A program made the translations under genes and the position numbers. Shown piece after piece: positions 10,715 through 20,446 of a stretch of DNA of 64,000 nucleotides; position 1 is the stretch's first letter; the number at the start of each line of letters is the position of its first letter. The stretch covers positions 1 to 64,000 of the forward strand of contig CBDVDR010000016.1 in assembly GCA_965372795.1 (NCBI GenBank), read 5' to 3'. The notes beneath the pieces were generated by a model, which was not told the origin of the DNA, made no database searches, and was given only the letters and a program-made list of their open reading frames with translations. Source of the stretch: an uncultured bacterium (lineage in GTDB: Bacteria > Zixibacteria > MSB-5A5 > GN15 > FEB-12).

Positions 10715-11683
10715 ATGCCGAATTTGAACGTAGGTGGACAAGCTGTAATAGAGGGCGTAATGATGCGATCTAAAGATAAGATTGCAACTGCCGTCCGAAT
10801 TCCCAATGGACAAATCGCTGTAAAAACGGATGATTATATTTCACTATCCGGTCGTTATAAAATTCTTAATATACCTATCCTTCGCGGTGCTGTTACTTTT
10901 GTCGAAATGTTAATCATCGGTATCAAGACTTTAAATTTTTCCGCCGATATCGCAATCAAAGAGCAGGAAAAAATTGAAGCCGCCGAAAATGGTAAAACCT
11001 ACGAAGAATCAGAAAAAAAATCGAATTCTTTGATGCTGGGGATGACAGTCTTATTTGCGATGTCACTTGGCATATTTATATTCTTCTTCCTGCCCCTTGC
11101 AATTTCTAATTTTTTTGAAATTGATAAAAATGCTATCGGTTTTAATCTGGTTGCGGGTGCAATCAGGCTAACGATGTTTGTCTTGTATGTTTGGGCAATC
11201 TCGTTTTTTGGAGAATTTCAAAGGATTTTCCAATATCACGGAGCCGAACATAAATCTATATATACTTTTGAGATGGGTGATGAATTAACCCCCGAGCGTG
11301 CCGCAACCTATACCAGATTTCATCCCCGCTGCGGAACTTCATTTATTCTGATTGTTGCACTTTTTGCAATTTTAACCTATGCCGTATCAGATACAATATT
11401 TGCATATTATACCGGAGCCGCTCCGACGCTGTTTGTCCGGTTCGGTCTCCATTTTTCACTTCTTCCGATTGTAGCGGGAACCTCTTATGAGATATTGAAG
11501 TTTTCCGGTAAAACCCGCGAAAATCCAATTACGAAGACTCTGATTCAACCCGGTTTGTGGCTTCAGAAGATCACAACCAAAGAGCCTACAAGAGAACAGC
11601 TTGAAGTTGCTATTGTTGCTTTGGAAGCGGCAATGGGCATCGAGCACTCCAAAATCACTTCTGAAAAAATGGCTGTCAGTTAG
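10715..11683 (+). CDS. DUF1385 (YqhQ-like) membrane protein
   Basis: GGQAVIEGVMM, YHGAEHK, RFHPRCGTSF motifs; usual neighbour of rpmE/prfA. Confidence 0.9.
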   Translation: MPNLNVGGQAVIEGVMMRSKDKIATAVRIPNGQIAVKTDDYISLSGRYKILNIPILRGAVTFVEMLIIGIKTLNFSADIAIKEQEKIEAAENGKTYEESEKKSNSLMLGMTVLFAMSLGIFIFFFLPLAISNFFEIDKNAIGFNLVAGAIRLTMFVLYVWAISFFGEFQRIFQYHGAEHKSIYTFEMGDELTPERAATYTRFHPRCGTSFILIVALFAILTYAVSDTIFAYYTGAAPTLFVRFGLHFSLLPIVAGTSYEILKFSGKTRENPITKTLIQPGLWLQKITTKEPTREQLEVAIVALEAAMGIEHSKITSEKMAVS

Positions 11684-11747
11684 TCTATTTTACTCTTGCC
11701 CAATTAGAATTTTCCCTTTACCATTATAGGATTATTACGGTGTAATT

Positions 11748-12827
11748 ATGCTTGAATTAGTAGAAAAATTAGAACAAAAAATATTAGATATCGACGCAAA
11801 GATGGTCGCTCCGGCAACTCTGTCAAATAATAAAATAATGATTGAGTTGAACCGGGAACGACGTCATGTAGAGGATATCCTTTCAGTCGGGCGCAAATAT
11901 CGTCAGATCAAAATCGGTATTGATGAAGCTAATTCTATTATCAAAAGCGGTGAAGATGATGAACTGATTGCCATGGCGAAAGAAGAGCTTGAAGAATATG
12001 AAGCTCAGATATCAGAGATTGAATTAGAATTCAAATTAAAGCTTCTCCCCCGCGACCCTAACGACTCCAAAAACGTGATTATTGAAGTTCGCGCCGGAAC
12101 CGGCGGTGATGAAGCCGGGTTGTTTACCGGTGATATATTTCGGATGTACCAAAAATTTGCTGAATCCAAAGGTTGGAAGCTGGAGATAATGAACTCAAAC
12201 CCAACCGGCGTTGGAGGTTTCAAAGAAGTTTCTTTTTCGCTATCGGGCGATAATGTCTTTGGTGAAATGAAATATGAGTCAGGGGTCCATCGAGTTCAAC
12301 GGGTTCCTGAAACTGAATCTCAGGGGCGGGTGCATACTTCGGCAATTACAGTGGCTGTTTTACCTGAAGCCGAAGATGTTGATATTAATTTAAAAGATAA
12401 TGAAGTTAAAGTTGATGTCTACCGTTCATCGGGACCGGGCGGACAATCGGTTAATACGACTGACTCGGCGGTTCGTCTTACATATTTGCCTACCGGGATG
12501 GTTGTAACCTGTCAGGATGAAAAGTCCCAGATTAAAAATAAAGCGAAAGCCTTTAAAGTTCTTCGGGCGCGCCTCTATGAAGCCAAGATGGCAGAATATA
12601 ATGAAAAGATTGCTTCGGAAAGACGCTCGATGATTTCAACCGGTGATCGTTCCGCAAAAATACGCACCTACAATTTCCCGCAATCACGGGTAACCGATCA
12701 TCGCATCAGTTTGACCCTTTACAGACTTGACGAGATTCTAAACGGAGCGGTTGATCTTATCATTGTACCATTGCAACATAGTGACCAGGAAAAAAGATTA
12801 AAACTTGAATCAACTAAAGAGTCGTAA
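11748..12827 (+). CDS. prfA: Peptide chain release factor 1
   Basis: GTGGDEA, PET anticodon motif (RVPETE), GPGGQ. Confidence 0.97.
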   Translation: MLELVEKLEQKILDIDAKMVAPATLSNNKIMIELNRERRHVEDILSVGRKYRQIKIGIDEANSIIKSGEDDELIAMAKEELEEYEAQISEIELEFKLKLLPRDPNDSKNVIIEVRAGTGGDEAGLFTGDIFRMYQKFAESKGWKLEIMNSNPTGVGGFKEVSFSLSGDNVFGEMKYESGVHRVQRVPETESQGRVHTSAITVAVLPEAEDVDINLKDNEVKVDVYRSSGPGGQSVNTTDSAVRLTYLPTGMVVTCQDEKSQIKNKAKAFKVLRARLYEAKMAEYNEKIASERRSMISTGDRSAKIRTYNFPQSRVTDHRISLTLYRLDEILNGAVDLIIVPLQHSDQEKRLKLESTKES

Positions 12828-12830
12828 CCT

Positions 12831-13814
12831 ATGAAATTCTTAAAAATCTTAATCGCTTTTATTTTAATGCTGGTGATGCTTTATATCGCCCGTACTAATT
12901 CCAAAGGACAGCCAACATCATATTCTCATACTGAGAACGGCATTACCTTTGAAATGGAATCTGTTCCAAAGGGTATTGAAGGAACCACAGTTGAAATCCC
13001 GATAAAAGTTTCCGGTGATATGACAGCCGGCACCCAGCTGGTTATGCGTAAAACTGATGAGAATCAAAACGCATTAACACCACAGAATGAATTTGTCTCA
13101 ATGTCAATGGTATCAAAGAGTGCTAATAGTTATTACACTATTGAAGTATTGTCCGGTGAACGTGGAAAAAGATTTTATTATTATTTTGAAGTTATAGACA
13201 GCACTAACGCTTCTTTAGCTACTTTTACAATGCCTGAAGGCGAAGCCTATGTTTTTAAATATATCGGTGATGTTCCCAAACTGGTTTTGATCGGGCATCT
13301 CTTTTTTATCTTTGCAACGGTTTTCTTTGTCATGCTCGGTACGGTTGAAGCGGTTAATGTGATTAGAAACGGCACCGGATTAGCCGCTATGGCGAAGCAT
13401 TTTTTCATTGCTACAATCATGCTTTTTATCGGCGGTTACCCCATCGGGTTTGCGATGAACTGGTATGCTTTTAACGGATTATGGGAAGGGGTTCCGTTTG
13501 GAACCGATGCTACTGATAATAAAACGCAGTTGGTTTTTGTCTATCTGATTATGGTAAATCTTATCACGCTGGCATCTATCACTAAAGGGAAATGCGGCTC
13601 GGATATTTATTCGGTGAAAACCCGGGGATGGCTCGGTTTGGGTGCGTTTTTTATTATGCTTGGGAATTATCTGATTCCACATTCGATTCAGTTTGACCCG
13701 TTCCAGACATACTTGGTTTGTTATGCGTTTATCGCGATGGTGGCTTTAATTTATCTTTATGGTAAATTCAGTGGGCGAGCCCACCCTTATTCTCCTTCAA
13801 GTATTTCTAATTAG
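12831..13814 (+). CDS. Hypothetical multi-pass membrane protein with an extracytoplasmic domain
   Basis: N-terminal TM, soluble domain, several C-terminal TM helices, GVPFGTDATDNKT segment. Confidence 0.6.
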   Translation: MKFLKILIAFILMLVMLYIARTNSKGQPTSYSHTENGITFEMESVPKGIEGTTVEIPIKVSGDMTAGTQLVMRKTDENQNALTPQNEFVSMSMVSKSANSYYTIEVLSGERGKRFYYYFEVIDSTNASLATFTMPEGEAYVFKYIGDVPKLVLIGHLFFIFATVFFVMLGTVEAVNVIRNGTGLAAMAKHFFIATIMLFIGGYPIGFAMNWYAFNGLWEGVPFGTDATDNKTQLVFVYLIMVNLITLASITKGKCGSDIYSVKTRGWLGLGAFFIMLGNYLIPHSIQFDPFQTYLVCYAFIAMVALIYLYGKFSGRAHPYSPSSISN

Positions 13815-13826
13815 GCAGGTTTTAAA

Positions 13827-14690
13827 GTGATTAAATCCCTTCCAAAATTTATTACAGAAAAAGGGAAAGTCTTAGAAGCGGTCGGTATTGATCAGGGTAA
13901 AGCCGAGATCGAAATCATTCTTTGTTCAATTTTAAAAGTTGAGCGGCTTGAACTATTTCTTGAGGCAGAAAAATTACTCACCCCGGAAGTTTTGAATAAG
14001 TTTGAAGAGATTTTAAAAAAACGCCGCAGTCGCTATCCTTTACAATATATTCTTGAAGAATCATGGTTTTACGGACGCAAATTTTTTGTCTCTCCGGCAG
14101 TCATGGTTCCCACGCCTGAGACTGAGATGCTTTGTGAGTCGGCGGTTCGGTTTGTTCAACAGAATGAGATCAAAAATCCACGGATCCTTGATATAGGGGT
14201 CGGGTCGGGAGTTATCTCGGTCACCCTTGCCAATGAAATAAAAGACGGCACGATATTGTCGATGGATATTTCAGAAGAGGCAATTGAGGTTGCTAAAAAA
14301 AATGCCAATGATTTAGGGGTGTCAGATAAAATTGAATTTCGTCAGTCGGATCTGTTTGATAAGCTTGAAGATGATGAAAAATTTGATCTGATTGTTTCGA
14401 ACCCGCCCTATATTTCTGATGATGAATATAAAGAGCTTCCCCCCGAGGTTTTAGCTGATCCGAAAGTTTCGCTGACCTCTGGCGGTGAAGGACTAGATGC
14501 GATCAAAGAGATTATATGCAGTGCTCCGAACTATCTTAAATCGGGCGGACGGATTATGTTTGAAATCGGGCATAATCAAGCCGAGAGAGTGTATGAAATC
14601 TCCGGAGAAGATAATCGGTACAAGTCGATTGTGGTGATGAAAGATTTAAACGATATCGACCGGGTTGTAATTTTTTCATGTTTTGATTGA
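13827..14690 (+). CDS. prmC: Release factor glutamine methyltransferase
   Basis: YPLQYI, LDIGVGSG, SNPPY motifs; downstream of prfA. Confidence 0.93.
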   Translation: MIKSLPKFITEKGKVLEAVGIDQGKAEIEIILCSILKVERLELFLEAEKLLTPEVLNKFEEILKKRRSRYPLQYILEESWFYGRKFFVSPAVMVPTPETEMLCESAVRFVQQNEIKNPRILDIGVGSGVISVTLANEIKDGTILSMDISEEAIEVAKKNANDLGVSDKIEFRQSDLFDKLEDDEKFDLIVSNPPYISDDEYKELPPEVLADPKVSLTSGGEGLDAIKEIICSAPNYLKSGGRIMFEIGHNQAERVYEISGEDNRYKSIVVMKDLNDIDRVVIFSCFD

Positions 14691-15342
14691 TATGCCCAGA
14701 GAATCAAAAGAAAATAAAATTATTCGGGCAACCAAGGTTGTCAAATTACTCAAAAGAAATTATCCCGACACAAAATGTTCGTTAAATTTTAAGTCCATAC
14801 ACCAATTGATGGTTGCGACGATTCTGTCGGCACAATGCACCGATGAACGGGTCAATGCGGTGACTCCGGCTTTATTTAAAAAGTATAAATCAATCAAAGA
14901 ATTTGCAGAGAGTGATCTTGCCGTATTGGGTCAGGATGTTTTTTCAACCGGATTTCATAATTCCAAAGCGAAGTCGATCAAAAATTCGGCTGTGATGTTG
15001 CTTGAAGATTTCAAAGGACGCATCCCGAAAACACTTGATGAGTTAGTTAAACTCCCCGGTGTCGGACGGAAGACCGGATCGGTTATTTTGGGGGTTGGGT
15101 ATAAACTTGCCGAGGGGATTGTGGTCGATACTCATGTGGGACGGATCAATCGTCTGCTGGGGTTCAGTAAAGAGAAAGACCCGGTGAAGGTTGAACAGGA
15201 TTTGATGAAGATCATTTCTGAAAAGGACTGGATTATTTATTCTCATCTGATGATAGACCATGGCCGGGCGATTTGCAAGGCGAGAAAACCTGATTGCGGG
15301 AGTTGTTTTTTGAGTGAGTTGTGCCCGGGTAAGAGTGAGTGA
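14683..15342 (+). CDS. nth: Endonuclease III (start possibly ATG 14692)
   Basis: LSAQCTDERVN, LPGVGRKT, VDTHV, C-terminal Cx6Cx2Cx5C. Confidence 0.95.
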   Translation: MIDMPRESKENKIIRATKVVKLLKRNYPDTKCSLNFKSIHQLMVATILSAQCTDERVNAVTPALFKKYKSIKEFAESDLAVLGQDVFSTGFHNSKAKSIKNSAVMLLEDFKGRIPKTLDELVKLPGVGRKTGSVILGVGYKLAEGIVVDTHVGRINRLLGFSKEKDPVKVEQDLMKIISEKDWIIYSHLMIDHGRAICKARKPDCGSCFLSELCPGKSE

Positions 15343-15379
15343 ATCAGCCTATGGGAGTCGAAACTGCAGGAGTTTAGCC

Positions 15380-16558
15380 CTACTCCTGCTTAATAGCTTT
15401 ATTTATTTTTTCAATTACTTTAGGATCTAATAGTTTAAACTCGTCATTCCTCTTAATTATAATATCTTTGCCACTTCCTTTCCATTGAAGTCCTACATCA
15501 AAGGAATAGTCATCGGTATGCTCTTGAAAAATAACTTCCATTGTACTGATATTAAAGATCCATCGGGAAGGTCCGGTAAGTATTCCTCTCTCATATCTTT
15601 TTGTAGGCATCAAATCAAGAGCTAAAACAGAGCCTGAGTTTCCTAACCATTTTGGATAAATTGATAAACCAAAATTATTAAGAGTATCACCTATTATTTC
15701 ATACATATTTCCTGCTACATTTTCGCCTGTATTAGAATCATAAATTTTGAATATCCTGCCAAACATAGATGATGAGTAGTAGTATTTGCCATCCGGAGAA
15801 AAAGAATCTGGATATTCTACATTTAAACCAGTTCTTGTAACAGTTAATGATAATGGGTCAACTCTAAACAATCCATTCACGCTATTACCTTGGTGTCTCA
15901 ATTCCTGATTAGGTTTAAAAGTTATATCATCTATTCCGTATGCAACACGAAGGAAATCATTATTGTCATTTGTCCACCCTTTAACAAAAATTGAACCACC
16001 TTTAGGCCAGGAGCAATATTGAATTATCGGATTTCTTGTTTTTTCTGGTCCACCAGTGACCCACTTTATAGATTTTTCAGAAATATTCAAAATACCAAAC
16101 CCGACAGGTATCTTGCTAAAATCAGCATTTTCATAGGGATTCTCAATTCCCGCTACAAAAGCAATAAATTTTGAAGTTGGATCAAAACAAAAATCCAGAA
16201 CAAGATAATCAGTGAGTTCGTCTAAAGAGTAGAGATATTCTGCTTCTGAAGATATAATATCTAAAGTTTTGTGAGATATTTTAGCTTCATTATCTTTTCG
16301 ATATGAATTTCTAACAGCTATTAAATTTCCATCCTGAGAAACTTTTGGGTCGAGTACCATAGCTCCATCAAATTTATAAAATTCGACAATTTTATTTGAT
16401 TGTATATTTTTACTGAACAAAACCTGTCTGCTATTCTTAGATTTATTATCTTCCACTCCCAAGTAACTTGAGTAGAGTGTTTGAGATAAAACTGTTCCAT
16501 TTACAAATAGAACCACAAATAAAACTAAAGTCGAAATAAGTAATAAAGTCTTTTTCAT
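15380..16558 (-). CDS. Secreted hypothetical protein, TolB/WD40-like beta-propeller
   Basis: Signal peptide; SQDG, FDPT and FSPDGK propeller-like turns; opposite strand to its neighbours. Confidence 0.55.
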   Translation of the reverse strand: MKKTLLLISTLVLFVVLFVNGTVLSQTLYSSYLGVEDNKSKNSRQVLFSKNIQSNKIVEFYKFDGAMVLDPKVSQDGNLIAVRNSYRKDNEAKISHKTLDIISSEAEYLYSLDELTDYLVLDFCFDPTSKFIAFVAGIENPYENADFSKIPVGFGILNISEKSIKWVTGGPEKTRNPIIQYCSWPKGGSIFVKGWTNDNNDFLRVAYGIDDITFKPNQELRHQGNSVNGLFRVDPLSLTVTRTGLNVEYPDSFSPDGKYYYSSSMFGRIFKIYDSNTGENVAGNMYEIIGDTLNNFGLSIYPKWLGNSGSVLALDLMPTKRYERGILTGPSRWIFNISTMEVIFQEHTDDYSFDVGLQWKGSGKDIIIKRNDEFKLLDPKVIEKINKAIKQE

Positions 16559-16638
16559 TATGAAACCTTTGAAATCAATTTATCCTCTGCATTTTTTTAC
16601 ATGGATAAATATATATGTTTTAATTCATTAAATCAAGA

Positions 16639-16665
16639 CTGGATCCCCGCGTTCGCGAGGATGAC
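16639..16665. repeat. Short palindromic element (CTGGATCCCCGCG-TT-CGCGAGGATGAC)
   Basis: Imperfect GC-rich hairpin resembling dRS3/RPE-like dispersed repeats. Confidence 0.4.
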
Positions 16666-16703
16666 ACAGGTTTCACCTGTGTTATGCCTTATCCACAAGA
16701 ATT

Positions 16704-16733
16704 GTCAGGAGCACAGGGCTCCTGACCTACTCG
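16704..16733. repeat. REP-like palindrome, copy 1 (GTCAGGAGC-N5-GCTCCTGAC-CTAC)
   Basis: 9-bp perfect stem with GTAG on the minus strand; near-identical copy at 51503-51532. Confidence 0.7.
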
Positions 16734-16844
16734 AAGACTTCAAGTATCAAGTAATTAAACTTCCTTCTCAAATCCCCAAAAACTTCTCAATTGACCTCTA
16801 CTATTAACAGCCGTATATTCCCTGTCTAATAATAAGGAGAAAAT

Positions 16845-19085
16845 ATGTCGACTACCTATAAGCAGCCCGAAGTCACCCCGGAAATGGTTGAAAAACACGG
16901 ACTTAGCCCTGACGAATACGAAAAAATCAAGAAATTCCTCGGCCGCGATCCAAATTATACCGAACTTGGTGTCTACTCGGTTATGTGGTCGGAGCATTGT
17001 TCCTACAAAAACTCAATCACTCTTCTGAAAACTCTGCCTCGTGAAGGAAAAGCTATCCTGTCAAAAGCCGGTGAAGAAAACGCCGGAGCGGTTGATATCG
17101 GCGATGGTCTGGCTTGTGTTTTTAAAATCGAATCCCATAATCACCCCTCGGCAATTGAACCATATCAAGGCGCAGCCACCGGAGTCGGCGGAATTTTAAG
17201 AGATATTTTTACTATGGGTGCCCGCCCAATTGCAGCCTTGAATTCGCTACGGTTTGGTTCTCCTGATAATCCGCGGGTTCGGTATCTGGTTGACGGCGTA
17301 GTCAAAGGGATTGGCGACTATGGCAACTGTTTTGGAGTGCCCACTGTTGGCGGTGAAGTTTATTTTGATGAATCATACACCGGCAATCCATTGATCAACG
17401 CCATGGCAGTCGGACTTGTAAAATCGGATATGATGGCAACGGCTACCGCCGAAGGTGACGGCAACCCGATAATGATAGTCGGTTCCAAAACCGGACGGGA
17501 TGGTATCCACGGAGCAACCTTTGCCTCGGAAGAAATCAGCGAAAAATCTCAGGAAAAAAGACCCTCGGTGCAGATCGGCGATCCGTTTACGGAAAAATTA
17601 CTGCTTGAAGCGACCCTTGAGATTATCAAAAAAGATTTGATCGTCGGTATCCAGGATATGGGTGCGGCGGGAATTACCTGTTCATGTTCAGAGATGTCGG
17701 CCAAAGGTGAGTCGGGAATCGAAATTGATATTGATAAAGTTCCGGTGCGCGAAACCGGGATGATTCCTTATGAGACTTTACTGTCAGAATCACAGGAACG
17801 GATGCTGGTTTGTGTTAAAAAAGGGAATGAAGATAAAGTTAAAGAAGTGTTTGACAAATGGGGATTGGATTCGACTCTGATTGGAAAAGTTACCAGCGAC
17901 GGCATGTTTCGGGTTAAATTAAACGGTGAAGTGGTTTCAGAAATTCCATCACAAAGCTTAGTGCTTGGCGGAGAAGCTCCGGTTTATCAACGTGAGACCA
18001 AACGTCCGGCCTATATGGATGAAATTGTTAAAATTAATCTGAATGATTACTCACTCGATAAAGACTGGAATGAAACTCTGCTAACTATGTTAGCCTCGCC
18101 TAATATTTGTAATAAGAACTGGGTCTTTGATCAGTATGATTCGATGGTTCGCACCAATACTGCCGTAGGTCCGGGTTCGGATGCTGCAGTGATGCGGATT
18201 CGTAAATCTGATAAATCGCTGGCTATGTCAACCGATTGTAATAGCCGCTATTGTTATATCAATCCTCGTCTTGGGGCTCAGTCAGCAGTAGCTGAATCGG
18301 CACGCAATGTGGTTTGTTCGGGTGGACAACCGGTGGCGATTACCAACTGTTTGAATTTTGGCAATCCTTATAAACCGGAAGTCTATTACGGATTCACTGA
18401 AGCTGTTGGCGGCATGGGTGAAGCCTGTCGGGTGTTTGAAACTCCGGTGACCGGCGGGAATGTTTCATTTTACAACGAAGACCCGGAACGGGCGGTGTTC
18501 CCGACTCCGACAATCGGGATGCTGGGCGTGGTGGAACATACTAAAGATATTACAACCCAATGGTTCAAAGATGACGGCGATGTGGTTTTGCTCTTAGGGG
18601 AAAACAAGGAGGAACTTGGCGCCTCGGAATATTTACATACAATTTATAAACAGACCAAAGGTGAAGTTCCAGAGTTGGATTTACAGTTTGAGAAAAAATT
18701 GCAGGTTGTATTGTTAAAAGCTATTCAAGGCGGACTTGTAAAATCGGCTCATGACTGCAGCGAAGGCGGTATCTCGGTAGCACTAGCTGAGTGTTGTATT
18801 TCTAACCGCGACAATCAAATGGGTGCCGATATAAAACTTGATAACAGTATCCGCAACGATGCGTTACTTTTTGGAGAGACGCAATCACGAATTATAATAA
18901 GTTGTAATTCAGAAAACGCCATCAAAATCAGCGAGCTATTTAAAAAAGCTGATGTAAGCTGTACGTTGATCGGTAAAGTTGGCGGAACCAATTTAAAAAT
19001 TAATGATACTGTCGATCTTTCAATTACCGATATGTCGGAAGCATTTTTTGAAGCGATGCGTAAATCAATTGAACGGATCGGCTGA
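16845..19085 (+). CDS. purL: Phosphoribosylformylglycinamidine synthase subunit PurL
   Basis: [38 protein letters not shown]. Confidence 0.97.
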   Translation: MSTTYKQPEVTPEMVEKHGLSPDEYEKIKKFLGRDPNYTELGVYSVMWSEHCSYKNSITLLKTLPREGKAILSKAGEENAGAVDIGDGLACVFKIESHNHPSAIEPYQGAATGVGGILRDIFTMGARPIAALNSLRFGSPDNPRVRYLVDGVVKGIGDYGNCFGVPTVGGEVYFDESYTGNPLINAMAVGLVKSDMMATATAEGDGNPIMIVGSKTGRDGIHGATFASEEISEKSQEKRPSVQIGDPFTEKLLLEATLEIIKKDLIVGIQDMGAAGITCSCSEMSAKGESGIEIDIDKVPVRETGMIPYETLLSESQERMLVCVKKGNEDKVKEVFDKWGLDSTLIGKVTSDGMFRVKLNGEVVSEIPSQSLVLGGEAPVYQRETKRPAYMDEIVKINLNDYSLDKDWNETLLTMLASPNICNKNWVFDQYDSMVRTNTAVGPGSDAAVMRIRKSDKSLAMSTDCNSRYCYINPRLGAQSAVAESARNVVCSGGQPVAITNCLNFGNPYKPEVYYGFTEAVGGMGEACRVFETPVTGGNVSFYNEDPERAVFPTPTIGMLGVVEHTKDITTQWFKDDGDVVLLLGENKEELGASEYLHTIYKQTKGEVPELDLQFEKKLQVVLLKAIQGGLVKSAHDCSEGGISVALAECCISNRDNQMGADIKLDNSIRNDALLFGETQSRIIISCNSENAIKISELFKKADVSCTLIGKVGGTNLKINDTVDLSITDMSEAFFEAMRKSIERIG

Positions 19086-19150
19086 TAACAGTTTTCCTTT
19101 GCTGAGTTGGCACGGATAATTAATATCTATATAGAAAGTTTATAAACGTC

Positions 19151-19870
19151 GTGGCGTTGTATATTTTTTCAGATGCTCATCTTGGTTCTTTTGATGTTTC
19201 TGCAGAAGAAATAAAAAAAGAAAAGATCGATAAACTATTAGCCATAGTTAAATCCGATGGCGACCGTCTGGTTATACTCGGTGATCTGTTTGAGTTCTGG
19301 TTTGAATACAAAAATGCGATGCCTAAAGAACATTTTGATATTCTCAGCAAACTTTACCAGCTAAAACAACAGGGTGTCATAATTGATTATGTCAGCGGGA
19401 ATCATGATTTCTGGATGGATGATTTTTTTGAAAAGCAGATGGGGATAAATGTTTATCTCGACAGTTTTGAGCTTCAATATGAAAATCAGAAAATATATTT
19501 TACTCATGGCGACGGTCTTGCCAAAGGTGATCGCGGTTATCGGTTGTTGAAACGAATTCTTAGGAATCGTCTGAATATCTGGCTGTACCGAAAGCTCCCC
19601 CCCGACTGGGCTATTCCTCTGGCAAAATCGGTAGCGGGTGGATCAAGAAACCATACTTCGGGCCGCTGTGATACTTTTTCAAAAGATTATGAGGATTACG
19701 CCAAAGCTAAATTAGCTGATGGCTATGATATTGTGGCAATTGGTCATCTGCATAAACCTCTTCGCATCGAAAGTGAAAATGGAATTTATGTCAACAGCGG
19801 AGATTTTATAAATCATTTCAGTTATATAAAAATAACGAACGAAGATGTAACTCTGAATTATATCGAGTAA
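19151..19870 (+). CDS. lpxH: UDP-2,3-diacylglucosamine diphosphatase (LpxH-like metallophosphoesterase)
   Basis: SDAHLG, LGDLFEFW, GNHDFW, HGD, GHLH motifs. Confidence 0.75.
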   Translation: MALYIFSDAHLGSFDVSAEEIKKEKIDKLLAIVKSDGDRLVILGDLFEFWFEYKNAMPKEHFDILSKLYQLKQQGVIIDYVSGNHDFWMDDFFEKQMGINVYLDSFELQYENQKIYFTHGDGLAKGDRGYRLLKRILRNRLNIWLYRKLPPDWAIPLAKSVAGGSRNHTSGRCDTFSKDYEDYAKAKLADGYDIVAIGHLHKPLRIESENGIYVNSGDFINHFSYIKITNEDVTLNYIE

Positions 19871-19873
19871 ATA

Positions 19874-20446
19874 ATGCGACTGATTTTTTTAATAGCATTT
19901 TTATTATTTTTCAACATATCAAGCCAATGTCAAAGCGAACCGTTTGACTCAACCTCATTGTATTTCCAGCCAACAATCAACAGTAACCGGAATATGTTTC
20001 ATGAGTACTGGGATGTATCAACCGGATATGAACTTACAGTCCGAACCAAATTTTATCTGGGGCAATTAGAACTTGGAACGCTGATAAATAATAACTCTTC
20101 CAATTTTGAAACCCAGCCTGATTATTATTCGATGTTTTCATATTTGGGTTGGGGATATAAATTCCAAATAAATAACAGATTTTCCAACTACAGCGGGATG
20201 CGACTTGGTAATTATTATATGAGTTTTGATGATCCTGATATTCATGCCGAATTAAAATCTGAGAATGAAATGGGTGTGGGACTGGTTACATCTTTTCAAT
20301 TTAATTTCAATAATAAATGGTCGGCGATATTATCAGGCGAATATCTAAAAGTTTACACTTTTAATAGAATACACCTGTCGTTTATTTCATTTGGAATCGG
20401 CTATTCTTTTGAATCACCTGATTGGTTTCGGAGGTTTTTCAAGTGA
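19874..20446 (+). CDS. Outer membrane beta-barrel protein
   Basis: Signal peptide, alternating aromatic beta-strands, GIGYSF near the C-terminus. Confidence 0.55.
   Translation: MRLIFLIAFLLFFNISSQCQSEPFDSTSLYFQPTINSNRNMFHEYWDVSTGYELTVRTKFYLGQLELGTLINNNSSNFETQPDYYSMFSYLGWGYKFQINNRFSNYSGMRLGNYYMSFDDPDIHAELKSENEMGVGLVTSFQFNFNNKWSAILSGEYLKVYTFNRIHLSFISFGIGYSFESPDWFRRFFK

Noticed and set aside
16601..16807. 68-aa ORF
   Set aside because: It is composed largely of the two palindromic repeats and has no protein-like features.
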